DNA of 63,400 nt, counting the filler, from Bigelowiella natans CCMP2755 (Eukaryota > Protista > Cercozoa): NCBI GenBank assembly GCA_000320545.1. It is 8 parts of 8 records of this genome, joined end to end, with 100 filler letters (N's around TTAATTAATTAA, not from the genome) between each part and the next. Parts side by side here need not be neighbours in the genome. Positions count along the whole stretch, not along the records: positions 46,471 to 63,400 come from ADNK01003399.1; 7 more parts are not named here. One strand, given 5' to 3'. Shown piece after piece: positions 60,261 to 63,400 of this stretch. Positions within the stretch are counted from its first letter, which is position 1. Each line of letters begins with the position of its first letter. The translations under genes were made by a program, and so were the position numbers. Below the pieces are notes generated by a model that was not told the DNA's origin, did no database searches, and worked only from the letters and a program-made list of their open reading frames with translations.

Positions 60261-60629
60261 GGCTAGACGAAGGAGTAGAAACTCAAGATATGTGTTCCGC
60301 GCAATGTAGATAGAGCGTTTTCTTCGCAGCGCCTATGAGCTCTCTGGTGCTTGCAGGCATTCTTCGCATTGGCCGAAGCAGTGTGTGTTACGTATTATCT
60401 CCATATATAGAGTCCATAGAGAGCATATATTCGTGGTCAAAAGAGCTTAGCTTTCCCCCCCCACACAAGCCCCTTTTTGTCTTTGGCATGTGATCATTGT
60501 CAATGAGGTTTTTCTATTTAATGTTTTAAGTCGCTCAGTATTGCATAAGCAACGAGCAGAGTAGCGTAAATTCCGATCGAACGATTCTTTCTCTTCTCCT
60601 CCCCCCCCCCCACCCACCTAGCCACCTTC

Positions 60630-60677
<48 letters not shown>

Positions 60678-61883
60678 CTATCCTTGTTTCCTTGTGTTCG
60701 CTTCGCCGCCGCGCGAATGGGGTTTAATGATTTATCTTATAATTACGGTCATCATCTTGTATTACTCAAAAAGTTGAAGCCCTGAGAATGATAACAATGA
60801 TATATGAACCGCACTGAAGGGGGAGGGGGGTATATAATACGAAGGATGTATTTACTTTTTTAACGTGGACAATACAAGCTCACGCACCCCCCCTCGCTCT
60901 ACTTTTCTTCTTCCGATAGAGGGAAGCAGGCGAGAGTTCCACCAGGCAAAGAGGCTACTGCCTTTCAAGCTACAAAGAAACTATTCCGACTTCTACACTT
61001 GTTGCATGCAATTCAAAGAAGTCAAGAAGTCCAAATTGACAATACTAGAAATGTCCGAACAGCTGATGAACCTTGCAATGTGCATGACTAGATGATACGA
61101 TTATTCGCGGTTGCATGCGATCCCAAAGCATGCTAGCATGCTAGCATACTGCTGCTAAAAACTGCGATCTTACAGGCTAGCTAGCTACATGTCTAAATGT
61201 GTCAAGAAGTCAGAAGTTATCATGCGCTAGTCTAGCTAGCTAATGCGTGCTAATAATGTCTACTTTCTTTACTACTATACTAGTTTACTAGTTAGATGCA
61301 CCACGTACGCGTACAAGCTCGCTAGCTCGCATGCACCTGCACGCGTGCTTCGTTGTGGATGAACGATCGACGCCATGTATGAGCTAATAAGCTATAGAGC
61401 GCTGCCCGCCCTCCTCTAGCCCTCCCCTAAGCTAGCTAATAAGGCCCCCCATCACCAGTGAGCACACAGCTAGACAGCTAGTCACACTATACCAGGCTAG
61501 CAGGATAGAGGACATCGAGGCAAATCCCCAAACCAGCGATTCATTGCTCCTGTAATGTGCGATGAGCATCTCGCGCTATTATACATGTACTTAAGCGCAC
61601 ATTGTACTTATCTAGTAGGTGCTGTACACACGGTGCATGCCATGGCCATATCCGCTAGGTCAGTTGCAATAATAAGAGCGTCATAACCCAGACTGTGCTC
61701 AAGGCATTCACACTTCAGGCCAAGGCCGTGCCTATGCTGGGCTTGATTGGCGCTTTCTACACAACTAGTAATACAATCTCTCTGTCTGCTCCTGTGCCCA
61801 TTCTTTTCGTCTCTATCTCTCGCTAGCAGTGAGCACCGATCGATGATTAAGAACGCACAGCCGCGCCGCGGCCGCCGCGTGGT

Positions 61884-62040
61884 TCAGTCTGAGATCCACG
61901 TTCCGAATAGGAAGAAAGGCGTGTCGTCTTCGAATTCCTCATCCCCCTCCTCCTCCTCTGGTGGGGGGTAGGACCGCACCATAAACATGCCCCAGCTCTC
62001 CGCCTATCGTCACATGGTAGTAGGTGTGTGCATGTGTGCA

Positions 62041-62077
<37 letters not shown>

Positions 62078-62539
62078 AAGGAATGATAAACGATTGTCCG
62101 AATGCAATCGTCAAAAGCGGTTTGGCTACACGACACAACCTTGAGCAGCTTTGCCACCCTCTTCTTAATCAGGCGCAATGATGTCTTGTTCTCCTCCAGA
62201 TTTGACGCCTGGAGACGATTGTTTGGACGATAAGGACGAAGATAGCGACAACATCATCATTATCGTCATCCTTATTTTATTGTCATCATCATCACAATCA
62301 TCATCACCACCACCATCGTCACCATCGTCATCATCATCGTCGCCATCATCCTCCTTAATACGTTTGCGTGCTGATATATTCATCTTCTACCGGTATTCCG
62401 CGAAGGAAGTACTTGGCCTCCTCACGTGCTACAACCACTTCCTGCTGCCCTGTCGCATCTAGAGCCACCATCAATGCCAACAGCACAACAAACTAAAGGC
62501 TAATGTTTACCAATGACCCTCCACTCCTTCTACGGATAT

Positions 62540-62583
<44 letters not shown>

Positions 62584-62876
62584 TATAACATAATCACGGA
62601 GACCCGTCATCGGATTTATTCTCCTTCACCAACCCCCCCCCCCTTCTACCCCACCTGCGAGCGTTATCGAGAAGAAGTAGTGCCATGCGACGCCATTGGA
62701 CTCATTGACTGGTTTGCACCAACGACGAATATCCTCTGGAAATACAGCTGTGACCTTTGCCCTGAGGAGGAATCGTCCTGGACAAGGCACGTAGCTTCCT
62801 TGGAGGTGCCGTATTGCTGTAACGAACCTGCGCGACCAAGAACGCAGTGGGGAGGGGGGGGCGGGGAGCACGTACA

Positions 62877-62950
<74 letters not shown>

Positions 62951-63400
62951 ATTTATATTTATGCAATATTAGCGGAAAGTTTCAATGACGCCATTGCCTT
63001 CATCCTCAGTTCTTAAGACTACACAGTAGTAGTAGTAGTAGGAGTAGTAGTAGTAGTAACAGTAGTACCCTATTTTCTGGGTGACAGTGGTGACGGGGGG
63101 GGGGAGTTTTTTCCCCTGCTTTCTTTTCCCAATAACAACCACCCGCGCCCCCTTCTCGTCATCTTTTTTACCTGAAGAACACATTCGGACCTCTTCGCTT
63201 GAAGACCCCCCATCCTCCTCCTCCTCCTCCTCCTTCCCAAGGTCGCTTCCGCGCGCCCCTCGCGGTGTTTTCCTGCGGTTTAATTCCCCCCCCTCATCTT
63301 CTTCCGGGTGCTCTTAATTTTTCGCCCTTGGAAAAGAGAAAAACTCCTCCCCCTCCCCCCTTGTTCTTTGGTCTTTTGCAGCCGCTGCTGCTGCGTGTGG
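61884..63400 (-). CDS. POT1/TEBP-alpha-like telomere ssDNA-binding protein, C-terminal OB fold (5' end outside window)
   Basis: RFLLRAKVTAVFPEDIRRWC..WHYFFSITLA/DATGQQEVVVAREEAKYFLRGIP/ASNLEENK..LIKKRVAKLL...FFLFGTWISD-stop, matching the pattern of the POT1 C-terminal OB fold (F.L.D.TG...FF..P; final F.T strand). Confidence 0.6.

Overview
This is a eukaryotic nuclear scaffold, gene-dense and intron-rich, with microsatellite-laden introns and seven artificial N-TTAATTAATTAA-N gap linkers. The ORF track is mostly uninformative, so genes were reconstructed by hand across GT-AG introns and all boundaries are approximate. Genes recognised in order: choice-of-anchor B family protein (+), EF-hand/coiled-coil protein built from repeated 21-23-codon exons (-), sarcosine/dimethylglycine dehydrogenase N-terminus (+), condensin CAP-H (-), M23-family peptidase (+), DAW1/ODA16 (-), putative 2H phosphoesterase (+), single-exon CCX/NCLX exchanger (-), ABCG transporter (-), CDC50/LEM3 (-), rhodanese with a bipartite leader (+), eIF5A with signal peptide plus LRGG leader (+), DP/E2F-family factor (+), POT1-like C-terminus (-), and several hypothetical genes. 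Bipartite leaders, a signal-peptide-bearing eIF5A and a flagellar gene suggest a flagellated complex-plastid alga, most plausibly a chlorarachniophyte (inference). Top leads: (1) intergenic islands almost devoid of TpA, with survivors mostly in YTAR context and a direct repeat whose only mismatch is TA/TG, suggesting a RIP-like but A-to-G-directed mutator; (2) an eIF5A apparently targeted to the periplastid (nucleomorph) compartment with a ubiquitin-like LVLRGG processing site; (3) a coiled coil growing by duplication of phase-0 three-heptad exons.
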